A stretch of DNA of 64,000 bases. It comes from Vicinamibacteria bacterium. Its GTDB lineage: Bacteria; Acidobacteriota; Vicinamibacteria; Marinacidobacterales; Marinacidobacteraceae. The position numbers were made by a program, and so were the translations under genes. Within the stretch, counting starts at the first letter, position 1. The number at the start of each line of letters is the position of its first letter. The stretch spans positions 64,001-128,000 of the forward strand of contig CBDATA010000001.1 of the NCBI GenBank assembly GCA_965199715.1, written 5' to 3'. Below the pieces are notes generated by a model, which was given only the letters and a program-made list of their open reading frames with translations, was not told where the DNA came from and did not search any database. Below, in pieces: positions 1-8,253 of this stretch.

Positions 1-1
1 G

Positions 2-565
2 GCGGACAGCGAGGAGTTCGTCGCGCCCATCCGGCGGGCGCGCGCGGTCTGGTTCCCCGGCGGGAGGCAGTGGCGGCTCGTGGACTCCTACGCCGACACC
101 CGCACCGAGCAGGAGCTCCACGCCGTGCTGGCGCGGGGAGGCGTCATCGGCGGCTCGTCCGCGGGCGCGACGATCCAAGGCGAGTACCTCGCCCGGGGCG
201 ACACGTCGGCGAACACGATCATGATGGGGGATCACGAGGAGGGCTTCTCCTTCGTCCGCGGCGTGGCCATCGACCAGCACCTGCTGGTGCGCAACCGGCA
301 CTTCGACATGCTGGAGATCCTCGAGGCGCACCCGCAGCTTCTCGGGATCGGGATCGACGAGGACACCGCGATGGTCGTGCGCGGCAACGGGTTCGAGGTG
401 ATCGGCTCGGGCTACGTCGCCATCTACGACAACACCCGGGTTCTCCCGAACGGCGGCGGCTTCTACTTCCTGATGCCCGGCGACCGGTACGACCTCGGTT
501 CGCGCGAACCGTCGCGCCGCCAGTTCGGCGGCGACGCCTTCCGGACGACCGTCAGGAGACGCTGA
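2..565 (+). CDS. Cyanophycinase-like serine peptidase (S51), 5'-truncated by window edge
   Basis: Frame open from position 2: ...AVWFPGGRQWRLVDSY...GGSSAGA (catalytic Ser motif), IDQH..RNR, GIGIDEDTA. Confidence 0.85.
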   Translation, partial: ADSEEFVAPIRRARAVWFPGGRQWRLVDSYADTRTEQELHAVLARGGVIGGSSAGATIQGEYLARGDTSANTIMMGDHEEGFSFVRGVAIDQHLLVRNRHFDMLEILEAHPQLLGIGIDEDTAMVVRGNGFEVIGSGYVAIYDNTRVLPNGGGFYFLMPGDRYDLGSREPSRRQFGGDAFRTTVRRR

Positions 566-1352
566 GCCCCTCGCCGGGGAGCGCCGGCTCGAACGCGAAC
601 GCCCCGTCCTCGAGCCGCATCGCGGTGAGGAAGGCTCCCCAGACGCACCCCGAGTCCAGACCGATCGCCCGCTCGGCGACGACGAGCCCGAGCGCGGCCC
701 AGTGCCCGAACACGACCCTCGGGCCTTCCGGGCGCCGGGCCTCGAACCACGTCCGGGCGCCCGGCGGGAGATCCTCCGGCGTCCCGTCGAAGCCGAAGAC
801 CGGCTCGCCGGAACGATCCACCGCCCGCAGCCGGGTCAGGACCGAGGCGGTTTCCGCCGCCTCGCCGGTTCCGTCCGCTCTGGCGCGAACCCGGTAGAGC
901 TCCCGGAGGAAGCGCCGCCGATCCGTGCGGAGCGCGGCCTCGGCCGCCTGCGCGCGCCGGGCCGCCTCCCCGAGGCTCCACGCCGGCGGAATCCCCGCGT
1001 GGACGACGACATGCCCGTCGGCTTCGAGCAGGAACGGACGCCGGGCGAGCCAGTCGCACAGCTCCGGCCCGTCGGGGGCGTCCAGAATGGGTTTCAGCGT
1101 GTCCCGGTGGGCCGGCTTCCGGACTCCCGCCGCCTGCGCGAGCAGGTGGAGGTCATGGTTTCCGAGCACCGATTCCACGCAGTCCCCGTGGTCGCGGGCC
1201 CAGCGGAGCATTCCGAGCGAGTCGGGGCCCCGGTTCACGAGATCGCCGACGAACGAGATCCGGTCGCGCCCGTCGCGGAAGTCGATCCGGGCGAGCAGCC
1301 GCCGAAAGGCGCCGAAGCAGCCCTGCACGTCGCCGACGGCCCAATGCGCCAT
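552..1352 (-). CDS. apaH: Symmetrical bis(5'-nucleosyl)-tetraphosphatase
   Basis: GDVQGC, GDLVNRGPDS, LGNHD, VHAGI, FGHWAALG, LDSGCVWG motifs typical of ApaH. Confidence 0.93.
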   Translation of the reverse strand: MAHWAVGDVQGCFGAFRRLLARIDFRDGRDRISFVGDLVNRGPDSLGMLRWARDHGDCVESVLGNHDLHLLAQAAGVRKPAHRDTLKPILDAPDGPELCDWLARRPFLLEADGHVVVHAGIPPAWSLGEAARRAQAAEAALRTDRRRFLRELYRVRARADGTGEAAETASVLTRLRAVDRSGEPVFGFDGTPEDLPPGARTWFEARRPEGPRVVFGHWAALGLVVAERAIGLDSGCVWGAFLTAMRLEDGAFAFEPALPGEGLSVS

Positions 1353-1373
1353 GGGCGGGGGATACTAGGCCCC

Positions 1374-2864
1374 GTGAACGAGCCTGGCGAGCCGGCGCGA
1401 CCCTTCGCCGCCGCCGACCTCGGGTCGCGCAGCTTCCACCTGACGGTCGCCCGAGTCCACCGGGACTCGATCGAGGTCGTGGACCGCGTGCGGGAGCCGG
1501 TCCGCCTCGCCGCCGGCCTCGAGAACCGCGCCATCCGCGAGGAGACCCGGCAACGGGCGCTTCCCGCGCTCGCCCGGATCGGCGAGCGGATTCGGGAGAT
1601 TCCGCCCGATCACGTGCGGGTCGTCGGAACGAACACCTTCCGCCAGCTTCGCGACCCGCGCCCGGTGCTGGAGGAGGCGCGGCGGATCCTCGGGCACCGG
1701 GTCGAGATCATCTCGGGCGTCGAGGAGGCGCGCCTCATCTACCTCGGGGTGACGCGGTCCCGGCCAGAGTCCGGCGAGCGGAACCTCGTGGTGGATATCG
1801 GGGGCGGCAGCACCGAGATCGCGGTCGGGCACGAGGACGTGCTGCTCATGGCGGAAAGCCTGTTCATGGGCTGCATCGGATTCTCGACGCGGTTCTTCCC
1901 CGACGGCGCGGTGACCCCCGAGGGCTTCGAGGCCGCCGAGACCGAGGCGCGGCGCGAACTCCAGACCGCCGAGCACCGCCTCCGGCAGGTGGGCTGGGAG
2001 AACGCGCTCGGCGGCTCGGGGACGATCCGGGCGGCCGGGCAGCTCATGGAGCCGCCCGGACCGGTCACGCCCGAGGGGCTGCTCCGGCTGCGCCGCCGCC
2101 TCATCGCCGAGCCGGAGACCGTGCCCGAGGTTCCGAAGTTCTCGCGCAACCGGGTCGTGGATCTCGCCGCCGGCGTCGCCATCCTCCGCGCGACCGTCGA
2201 GACGCTCGGCGTGGACGCGATCGAGCCGGCGGAGGGGGCGCTGCGGGAGGGCGTCCTCCACGACCTCCTCGGCCGGAATCGCCACCGGGACGTGCGGGAC
2301 GCGACCATCGAGAGCCTCGTGGCGCAGTACCGGGTGGACCGGCGCCAGGCGATCCGGGTCGCGACGGTGGCCGCCGCCGGGCTGCGGCAGGTCCGGGATG
2401 CGTGGAAGCTGACCGGCGAGACCCACGCCCGCTTCCTCCGCTGGGCGGCGGACCTGCACGAGATCGGGCTCTCGCTCTCGTTCAGCGGGCACCACCGCCA
2501 CGGCGCCTACATCGTGCGGAACTCCGAGATGCCCGGCTTCTCGAGGGACGACCGCGAGCTTCTGGCGGCGCTCATCCAGTCGCACCGCCAGCGCCTCGAG
2601 CCCGAGCGGTTCGCCAGCCTGACCGTCGTCGGGAGGAAGGCCGCGATCCGGCTCGCGGCGATCCTGCGCATCGCGGTGCTGCTCTGCCGGCGGCGCAGCC
2701 CCGAACCCCTGCCCCGCATCCGGGCGACCGCGTCCGGGAAGCTCCTCGACCTGGCGTTTCCCAAGGGCTGGCTCAGCGGCCATCAGCTCACGCTCGCCAA
2801 CCTGCGGCGCGAGCGGGAGGCGCTCGAAGCGGTGGGCATCCGGCTGCGGCTCAGTCCACGATGA
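1374..2864 (+). CDS. ppx: Ppx/GppA exopolyphosphatase with C-terminal HD-like domain
   Basis: AADLGSRSFHL, ISGVEEARLIY, DIGGGSTE, ALREG, LHEIG...HHRHGAYI; start set at GTG 1374 (ORF track start 702 overlaps apaH). Confidence 0.92.
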   Translation: MNEPGEPARPFAAADLGSRSFHLTVARVHRDSIEVVDRVREPVRLAAGLENRAIREETRQRALPALARIGERIREIPPDHVRVVGTNTFRQLRDPRPVLEEARRILGHRVEIISGVEEARLIYLGVTRSRPESGERNLVVDIGGGSTEIAVGHEDVLLMAESLFMGCIGFSTRFFPDGAVTPEGFEAAETEARRELQTAEHRLRQVGWENALGGSGTIRAAGQLMEPPGPVTPEGLLRLRRRLIAEPETVPEVPKFSRNRVVDLAAGVAILRATVETLGVDAIEPAEGALREGVLHDLLGRNRHRDVRDATIESLVAQYRVDRRQAIRVATVAAAGLRQVRDAWKLTGETHARFLRWAADLHEIGLSLSFSGHHRHGAYIVRNSEMPGFSRDDRELLAALIQSHRQRLEPERFASLTVVGRKAAIRLAAILRIAVLLCRRRSPEPLPRIRATASGKLLDLAFPKGWLSGHQLTLANLRREREALEAVGIRLRLSPR

Positions 2865-3357
2865 AGCTGTAGATCTTGAACTGACCGCCCCGCTCCAGCA
2901 TGGAGCCGAACAGGCGCAGCGTCCGCTCGCGTCCGTCGGGCGCGCGGACGACAACGCGGGAATCCCGGTGGACGCGAAAGGCGCCGAAGTCGGTCGTCCC
3001 GCCTTCGAACGAGAGCTCGACGAGCTCCCACTCCTGCCCCCGGAAGCGGCCGAACGTCCGGTCGAGGTCCGCCGACTGGCGCATCCCGTGCCGGAACCAG
3101 AGGAAGTCGGCGGAGGTGTTTCGCTCGGACCGGCTCGCCGGCAGACCCGGATACACGAGGTTCCGGAACTCGTCCTCGCTCACCGAGAGCGCGAGGAGGC
3201 CGTCCCGGTCCTCCGCCTCGAGCCGGTCGAGCGCCGCCCGCGCGGCGGCCTCCGGGGTCGGGCGCCCGTTCTCCAGACCGGCGCCGCCGCAGGCCGCGGC
3301 CAGGAGCAGCAGGGCGGCCGTCAGTTGGACGCGAAGCTGGTCCAGCCCGTCCACCAT
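2851..3357 (-). CDS. Hypothetical lipoprotein, last gene of the TBDR operon
   Basis: Hydrophobic stretch plus lipobox LAAAC; overlaps upstream lipoprotein stop; start uncertain (ATG 3357 or CTG 3324). Confidence 0.65.
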   Translation of the reverse strand: MVDGLDQLRVQLTAALLLLAAACGGAGLENGRPTPEAAARAALDRLEAEDRDGLLALSVSEDEFRNLVYPGLPASRSERNTSADFLWFRHGMRQSADLDRTFGRFRGQEWELVELSFEGGTTDFGAFRVHRDSRVVVRAPDGRERTLRLFGSMLERGGQFKIYSFIVD

Positions 3358-4640
3358 TCGTCGCCCACGTCGCAGGCGCCGATGAAGTTGACCGGTTCGA
3401 AGAAACCGTCGTTCGGCGGCATGGCCGCGCCGATGAGCGCCGGCGAGCTTTCGACCGGGCAGACCGCGAGCGCGTCCTCGCCGGGCAGGTAATACGGGCG
3501 GTCTAGCATCGGGTCCGCTTCGCGGATGTCCCGCTGCGCCATGATGAAGTCCATCGTGCCGAAGGCGGGCGGAGGATCCTCTGACCCGTCGTCGTCGAAA
3601 TTCCCGCCGCCGTTCTCCCAGAAGATGGAGTTGCGCAGGGTGAGCAGGCCGCCTTCAGCGTGCCCGTAGGTGACCGCGTCGTCCACGTCGAGGCCGACTT
3701 CCTTGAAGCCCATCACGATGAAATTCCCGAGGTCGCCGGCGGTTCCCTCGCGGAGCAGCACGCCGACGTCGCTCTCGTCGCCCGTCTCGGTTCCCGGATC
3801 GCCGATCAGGGTGACGTTGTAGAGCGTCGGGTTCGCGTACGGCAGGAGGTCGTTGTTCTCGGCGTTGCTGTCGGCCTCGATTCCCTGGTCGGCGTCGTCG
3901 CCGCGCTGCCGCGCGATCCAGAACTGGCCGCGGCCGGTCCAGCCCTCGGTCCAGTCGAAGCTGTCGTCGCCGATCCCGGTGCAGACCACCCGCCTCGCGT
4001 CCACCGTCCCTCCGAAGAACTCCACGCCGTCGTCCTTGCTGAGATGGACCTGGACGGAATCGACCACGGTGCCGCTCCCCACGCCCTGGAACGCGACGCC
4101 GTTGAGCTCGTTGTCCGGGCTGAGTTCGCTCCCGGCGAACTCGACCCGGACGTACCGGAGCACGCCGCTGTCGTCGGCCGGATCGTCGCCGCCGTAGGCG
4201 CCGGTGCCCCCCTCGCCCTCCGCTTCGTTGCCGGGGATGTTCAGGGGAGCGCGGCCGTTGATGATGAGTCCGCCCCAGTCGCCGCGGGCGCGGAAGCCCA
4301 CTTCCTGATCGCTCGTGAAGACGATGGGCGCGTCCGGCGCGCCGTCGGCCACGAGGCGTCCCCCCCGGGCCACGACGAGCGCGCCGTTGGTCGCGCCCTC
4401 GCCGTAGATCGTGGTTCCCGCCTCGATGGTGAGGGTGGCTCCGTCGGCGACGAAGACCGCCCCTCGAAGCAGGTACGACACGTCGGCGGTCAGGGTCATG
4501 TCGGCGGCGATCTCGCCCGACAGGATCGTGGGCGCGTCGGGATCAGGCGCCGGAGCGGGCGCGGGGGCCGGCGCGCTCGCGGTCTCGTCGCACGCGGCTC
4601 CGAAGAGGCCGAGGACGACGATCAGGGTCGCGAAGCGCAT
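3321..4640 (-). CDS. Acidic outer-membrane lipoprotein of unknown function (TBDR-associated, probable beta-helix)
   Basis: ATG 4640 gives MRFATLIVVLGLFGAAC lipobox, (AP)n linker, motifs DWGGLII, SGVLRYVRVEFAG, DDGVEFFGG, DDSFDW, C-terminal WWTGWTSF. Confidence 0.85.
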   Translation of the reverse strand: MRFATLIVVLGLFGAACDETASAPAPAPAPAPDPDAPTILSGEIAADMTLTADVSYLLRGAVFVADGATLTIEAGTTIYGEGATNGALVVARGGRLVADGAPDAPIVFTSDQEVGFRARGDWGGLIINGRAPLNIPGNEAEGEGGTGAYGGDDPADDSGVLRYVRVEFAGSELSPDNELNGVAFQGVGSGTVVDSVQVHLSKDDGVEFFGGTVDARRVVCTGIGDDSFDWTEGWTGRGQFWIARQRGDDADQGIEADSNAENNDLLPYANPTLYNVTLIGDPGTETGDESDVGVLLREGTAGDLGNFIVMGFKEVGLDVDDAVTYGHAEGGLLTLRNSIFWENGGGNFDDDGSEDPPPAFGTMDFIMAQRDIREADPMLDRPYYLPGEDALAVCPVESSPALIGAAMPPNDGFFEPVNFIGACDVGDEWWTGWTSFASN

Positions 4641-4651
4641 GAGCCCGCCGG

Positions 4652-7426
4652 CTAGCGGACGTTCCAGGAAGCGCTCACGCCGAACGAGCGGCCGAGCCTG
4701 AAGGTCCGCTGCGTTTCGCCGCCCTGGGTGAAGCGGTACTCGGCGTCGAGCAGGTTGTCGAACGACGCCCGGAGGCTCCAGGCGGCGCCGAAACTCTTCT
4801 GGAAGACGGCGTCGAGGCTTCCCCGCCCCTCTTCGTGGATGTCGGGCAGGCCGAGCGCGCCAACGTCCGCGATCCGGTCGTCGAACCAGTTGTAGAGAAC
4901 GCGGAGGCTGGCGTCGATCTCGGGAAGCGCGAGCGCCGCCGTGAGGTTCAGCGAGTGGGGCGACTGCCCGGCGAGCGGCCGCTCGAGGCTCGTCTGGACC
5001 TGCCCGGCGAGGTCCGCGAGCTCGATGCGCGAGTTGACGAAGGTGTAGTTGGCCGACGCCGACACGCGCCCGAAGCTCCGCCGCCCCTCGACCTCCACCC
5101 CGGCGTTCCTGGCGCCGAGCGCGTTGTCGTAGGAAGTGCGGAGCTGCGAGGTCGGTTGGACCACCCGCTCGATGGGCCGGTCGAAGTCCTTGTAGAACGC
5201 GCTGACGGCGAACACCTCTCCCGCCCCCGGGAACGTCTCCCAGCGCGCGTCCACGTTCCGGATGAGCGCCCGTTCGAGGTTGGGGTTGCCGACGACGGCG
5301 CGTCCCCCGACCACGTCGGTGAACTCGAAGGGCGCGAGTTCCCGGAACTCGGGCCGATTGACCGTGTGGCTGTACCCGACGCGGACGTTCGTCCCCGAGG
5401 TCAGCGCGTACACCACGTTGAACCCCGGCAGCACGTCGGTGTTCTCGAGCCGCGCGGTGATCGTCCCGGCGACCGTGGAGAACGGGTCGAAGGTGTCCAC
5501 GACCTGCTCGGAGCGCTCCACCCGCGCCCCGCCGACGATGCGGAGCCGGTCCGACAGCGGCAGGTCCATCATCCCGAAGAAGGCGCCCACCTGCTGCTCG
5601 GCGGCGTAGGCGTCGGTCGCCCGCGTCTCCTCGCGCAGCTCGAAGACCGAACCGATGAGATCGGGAACGAAGAGCTGCTCGGCCGGCAGGGTCAGGTCCG
5701 CGGCGCCCGGGCGCCGGGGCGTCAGCCGGAAGCGGCGCGAGGAAAAGTCCCGCTGACGCCTCGAGAGCGCCGGCCCGAACTTGAGGCTCGCCGGCAGGCC
5801 GTTCCACTGGGTGAAGAACGAGCTCCAGTCGAAGCCGAGCTCGCGCACCGTGTCGGTCAGTTCATTGAACATCCGGAAGCCGCTCTGCGACTCGTCCGCG
5901 AGCACGAGGCCGCCGGCCGAGGGGTTGTGCTCGTAGAGAGTCTCCCGGAGATCGGGTTCGTCCCGGGTCGCCCGCGAGAACGTGGCGTTCCACTCGAGCA
6001 GACCGGCGCCGATCGCGGCGAAGCGGTGCTCGCCCGAGAGCCGCGACGACAAGATGGACTCCTCCACCCAGCGCAGCCGCGTGTTCCGGATGTTCTCGCC
6101 GACGTCGCCGTTGTGCCCCTCGAAGACCCGGGCCTCGTTCTTCGAGCTGTGGGTGTAGAAGTTCTCGAGCGCCATCCGGTGGTCGCCGGAGAACTTGTAG
6201 GCGAGGTTGCCGATGACCCCCGTGGACGCCTTCGATTCGGTGACGCGGAAGTCGTAGTCGTTTTGCACCTCCACGTCTCCGCCGGAGACCGAGTAGAAGG
6301 TGCGCTCCTCGTCGGTGTTCTGGTGTCCCCGGGACCAGGTGGCGCTGACGACGGCGCCCAGCTTGTCCCAACTGTCGCCGGCCACGAAGCTGTAGGACTG
6401 ATCCTGTCCCACCCGGTCCTCCACGGGCGACCAGACGTTCGAGAACGCCTCGCCCATGGACTCCAGCTCGGAGGGAAGGAACCCGACATCGCTGAACCGG
6501 CCGCGGCGCACCGTCTTCGCGTCCGGGATCGCCGAGGGCAGGCTGCGGGTGCCGTCGTCGAAGCCGAACATGTCGCGGCTGCCGCCGGCGTAGGTCAGGC
6601 CGTCCTCGAAGGACGTTCCCTGAGTGAAGCCCTGCGACATGGAGAACCGCAGCACCGGGGCGGCGGGAAACGCGAGCGGGTCGATCTCGACGAGGCCGCC
6701 GGAGAAGTCCGCCGGCTTGTCGGGGAGGTACGACTTGACCACCGAGACGCTCTCGATGAGGCCGGTGGGAAACAGATCCAGCGGCACGACCCGCTTGTCC
6801 GGCTCGGTCGTCGGGAGCACCGCGCCGTTCAGCGTCGTGTTCGAATACCGCTCGCCGAGGCCCCGGACGAAGACGTACTGGTTGTCCACGACCGTCAGCC
6901 CGGTGACGCGCTTCATCGCCGAAGCGGCGTTCGAGTCGGAGTTCCGGCTCATCTCCTCCGAGCCGACGTTGTCGACGATGGCGCCGGCGCGCTGGCGCTC
7001 GACGAGCTGCGCCTCGGCGGTGCGGAGCTCGACGTCCTCGACGGAAGCCGTGATCGAAACGGTCTCCGCGAAGCGCTCCATGCGGAGCACGACGTCGAGG
7101 CGGACGGTCTCGCCTGCGGCGATCGTGACCGGGACGACCTGGTCCTCGTACCCGCTGAACGAGACGCGGACCTCGTGGTCGCCCTCGGGGACCTCCACCG
7201 AGAACGCGCCGTCCAGCTCGGTGTACACCGTGTAGTCGGTCGAAAGCACGGTCACCGGGGCGGACGGGAGCGTCATCCCGTTGAAGCTGTCCCGAACGAT
7301 CCCGGTGACGACGCCGTTCGCGCCCCCTCCGTCGCCGTTCTGAGCCAGCGCCGGAAGGCCGGACAGGGCCAGGCACCAAAGGGCGAGCGCGGCGGGCCGC
7401 CTCTGGCTCGCAATCGGATTCGTCAT
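4652..7426 (-). CDS. TonB-dependent receptor with N-terminal carboxypeptidase-regulatory-like domain
   Basis: Signal peptide, plug motifs VRGLGERYSNTTLNG, PLDLFP, FSGGLVEI; barrel motifs NRPEFRELAPF, GNPNL, DNLLD. Confidence 0.93.
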   Translation of the reverse strand: MTNPIASQRRPAALALWCLALSGLPALAQNGDGGGANGVVTGIVRDSFNGMTLPSAPVTVLSTDYTVYTELDGAFSVEVPEGDHEVRVSFSGYEDQVVPVTIAAGETVRLDVVLRMERFAETVSITASVEDVELRTAEAQLVERQRAGAIVDNVGSEEMSRNSDSNAASAMKRVTGLTVVDNQYVFVRGLGERYSNTTLNGAVLPTTEPDKRVVPLDLFPTGLIESVSVVKSYLPDKPADFSGGLVEIDPLAFPAAPVLRFSMSQGFTQGTSFEDGLTYAGGSRDMFGFDDGTRSLPSAIPDAKTVRRGRFSDVGFLPSELESMGEAFSNVWSPVEDRVGQDQSYSFVAGDSWDKLGAVVSATWSRGHQNTDEERTFYSVSGGDVEVQNDYDFRVTESKASTGVIGNLAYKFSGDHRMALENFYTHSSKNEARVFEGHNGDVGENIRNTRLRWVEESILSSRLSGEHRFAAIGAGLLEWNATFSRATRDEPDLRETLYEHNPSAGGLVLADESQSGFRMFNELTDTVRELGFDWSSFFTQWNGLPASLKFGPALSRRQRDFSSRRFRLTPRRPGAADLTLPAEQLFVPDLIGSVFELREETRATDAYAAEQQVGAFFGMMDLPLSDRLRIVGGARVERSEQVVDTFDPFSTVAGTITARLENTDVLPGFNVVYALTSGTNVRVGYSHTVNRPEFRELAPFEFTDVVGGRAVVGNPNLERALIRNVDARWETFPGAGEVFAVSAFYKDFDRPIERVVQPTSQLRTSYDNALGARNAGVEVEGRRSFGRVSASANYTFVNSRIELADLAGQVQTSLERPLAGQSPHSLNLTAALALPEIDASLRVLYNWFDDRIADVGALGLPDIHEEGRGSLDAVFQKSFGAAWSLRASFDNLLDAEYRFTQGGETQRTFRLGRSFGVSASWNVR

Positions 7427-7459
7427 GACGGCCGGGATTCTGGCCAGAGCGGCGGCCCG

Positions 7460-7503
7460 CTTCGTTACCGGTTCGTGAACGAAGCGAGAGTTTCTCGTGA
7501 ACG
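7460..7503 (-). promoter_or_regulatory. PHO-box-like array of four 11-bp units between TBDR and phoB
   Basis: Minus strand reads CGTTCACGAGA AACTCTCGCTT CGTTCACGAAC CGGTAACGAAG; GTTCAC/GGTAAC cores in 11-bp phase (unit 2 degenerate). Confidence 0.7.
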
Positions 7504-7536
7504 CCGAACGGGGGACTAGGATTGCCCCGCCCGACC

Positions 7537-8253
7537 ATGCCCAAGCACGTTCTTGTCATCGAGGACGACCCGGCGATCGTGGAGCTTCTCCAGTTCAACC
7601 TCGAGCGCGAGTCCTTCCGGGTGACCTCCGCCGGGACCGGCTCCGACGGGCTGGCCGCGGTGCGCAAGCAGCGGCCCGATCTGGTCATCCTCGACCTGAT
7701 GCTCCCCGAGCGAAGCGGCTTCGAGGTGTGCCGGGAGATCCGGGGCGACCCGGAGCTCGCGGCGACTCCGATCATCATGCTGACCGCGCGGGGCGAGGAG
7801 GCGGACCGCATCGCCGGGCTCGAGATCGGGGCGGACGACTACATCACGAAGCCCTTCAGCACGCGCGAACTCGTCGCGCGGGTGGGGGCCGTGCTGCGCC
7901 GGGCGACCCGGCGCCGGGCCGGCCCGACGAACCGGGCTCCGTCGCCGGTCCGCGTCGGCGACCTCCTCATCGACCCGGTGTCGTTCACCGTCGAGCGGGC
8001 CGGCGAGCCGATTCCGATGACGAACCTCGAGTTCCGGTTGCTGCACCACCTCGCGTCCCGGCCCGGCGAAATGTGCGCCCGCGACCGGATCCTCGACGAG
8101 GTCTGGGGCGAGGACGCCTTCGTGACCCAGCGGAGCGTGGACGCCTACGTCCGGCGGCTCCGGCAAAAGCTGGACCGGCCGGGCGAGCCGTCGCTCCTCT
8201 CCACGGTGCGCGGGGCCGGCTACCGCTTCGAGACCGGTGGCCCCGACGGATAG
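7537..8253 (+). CDS. phoB: PhoB/PhoP-type OmpR-family response regulator
   Basis: EDD, LDLMLP, IIMLTARGEEADRIAGLEIGADDYITKPFS, winged helix RSVDAYVRRLRQKL, TVRGAGYRF; TAGGAT -10 at 7517-7522. Confidence 0.85.
   Translation: MPKHVLVIEDDPAIVELLQFNLERESFRVTSAGTGSDGLAAVRKQRPDLVILDLMLPERSGFEVCREIRGDPELAATPIIMLTARGEEADRIAGLEIGADDYITKPFSTRELVARVGAVLRRATRRRAGPTNRAPSPVRVGDLLIDPVSFTVERAGEPIPMTNLEFRLLHHLASRPGEMCARDRILDEVWGEDAFVTQRSVDAYVRRLRQKLDRPGEPSLLSTVRGAGYRFETGGPDG

Noticed and set aside
4540-4580. Short tandem repeat-like GC run
   Set aside because: Encodes the Ala-Pro lipoprotein tether with synonymous variation.
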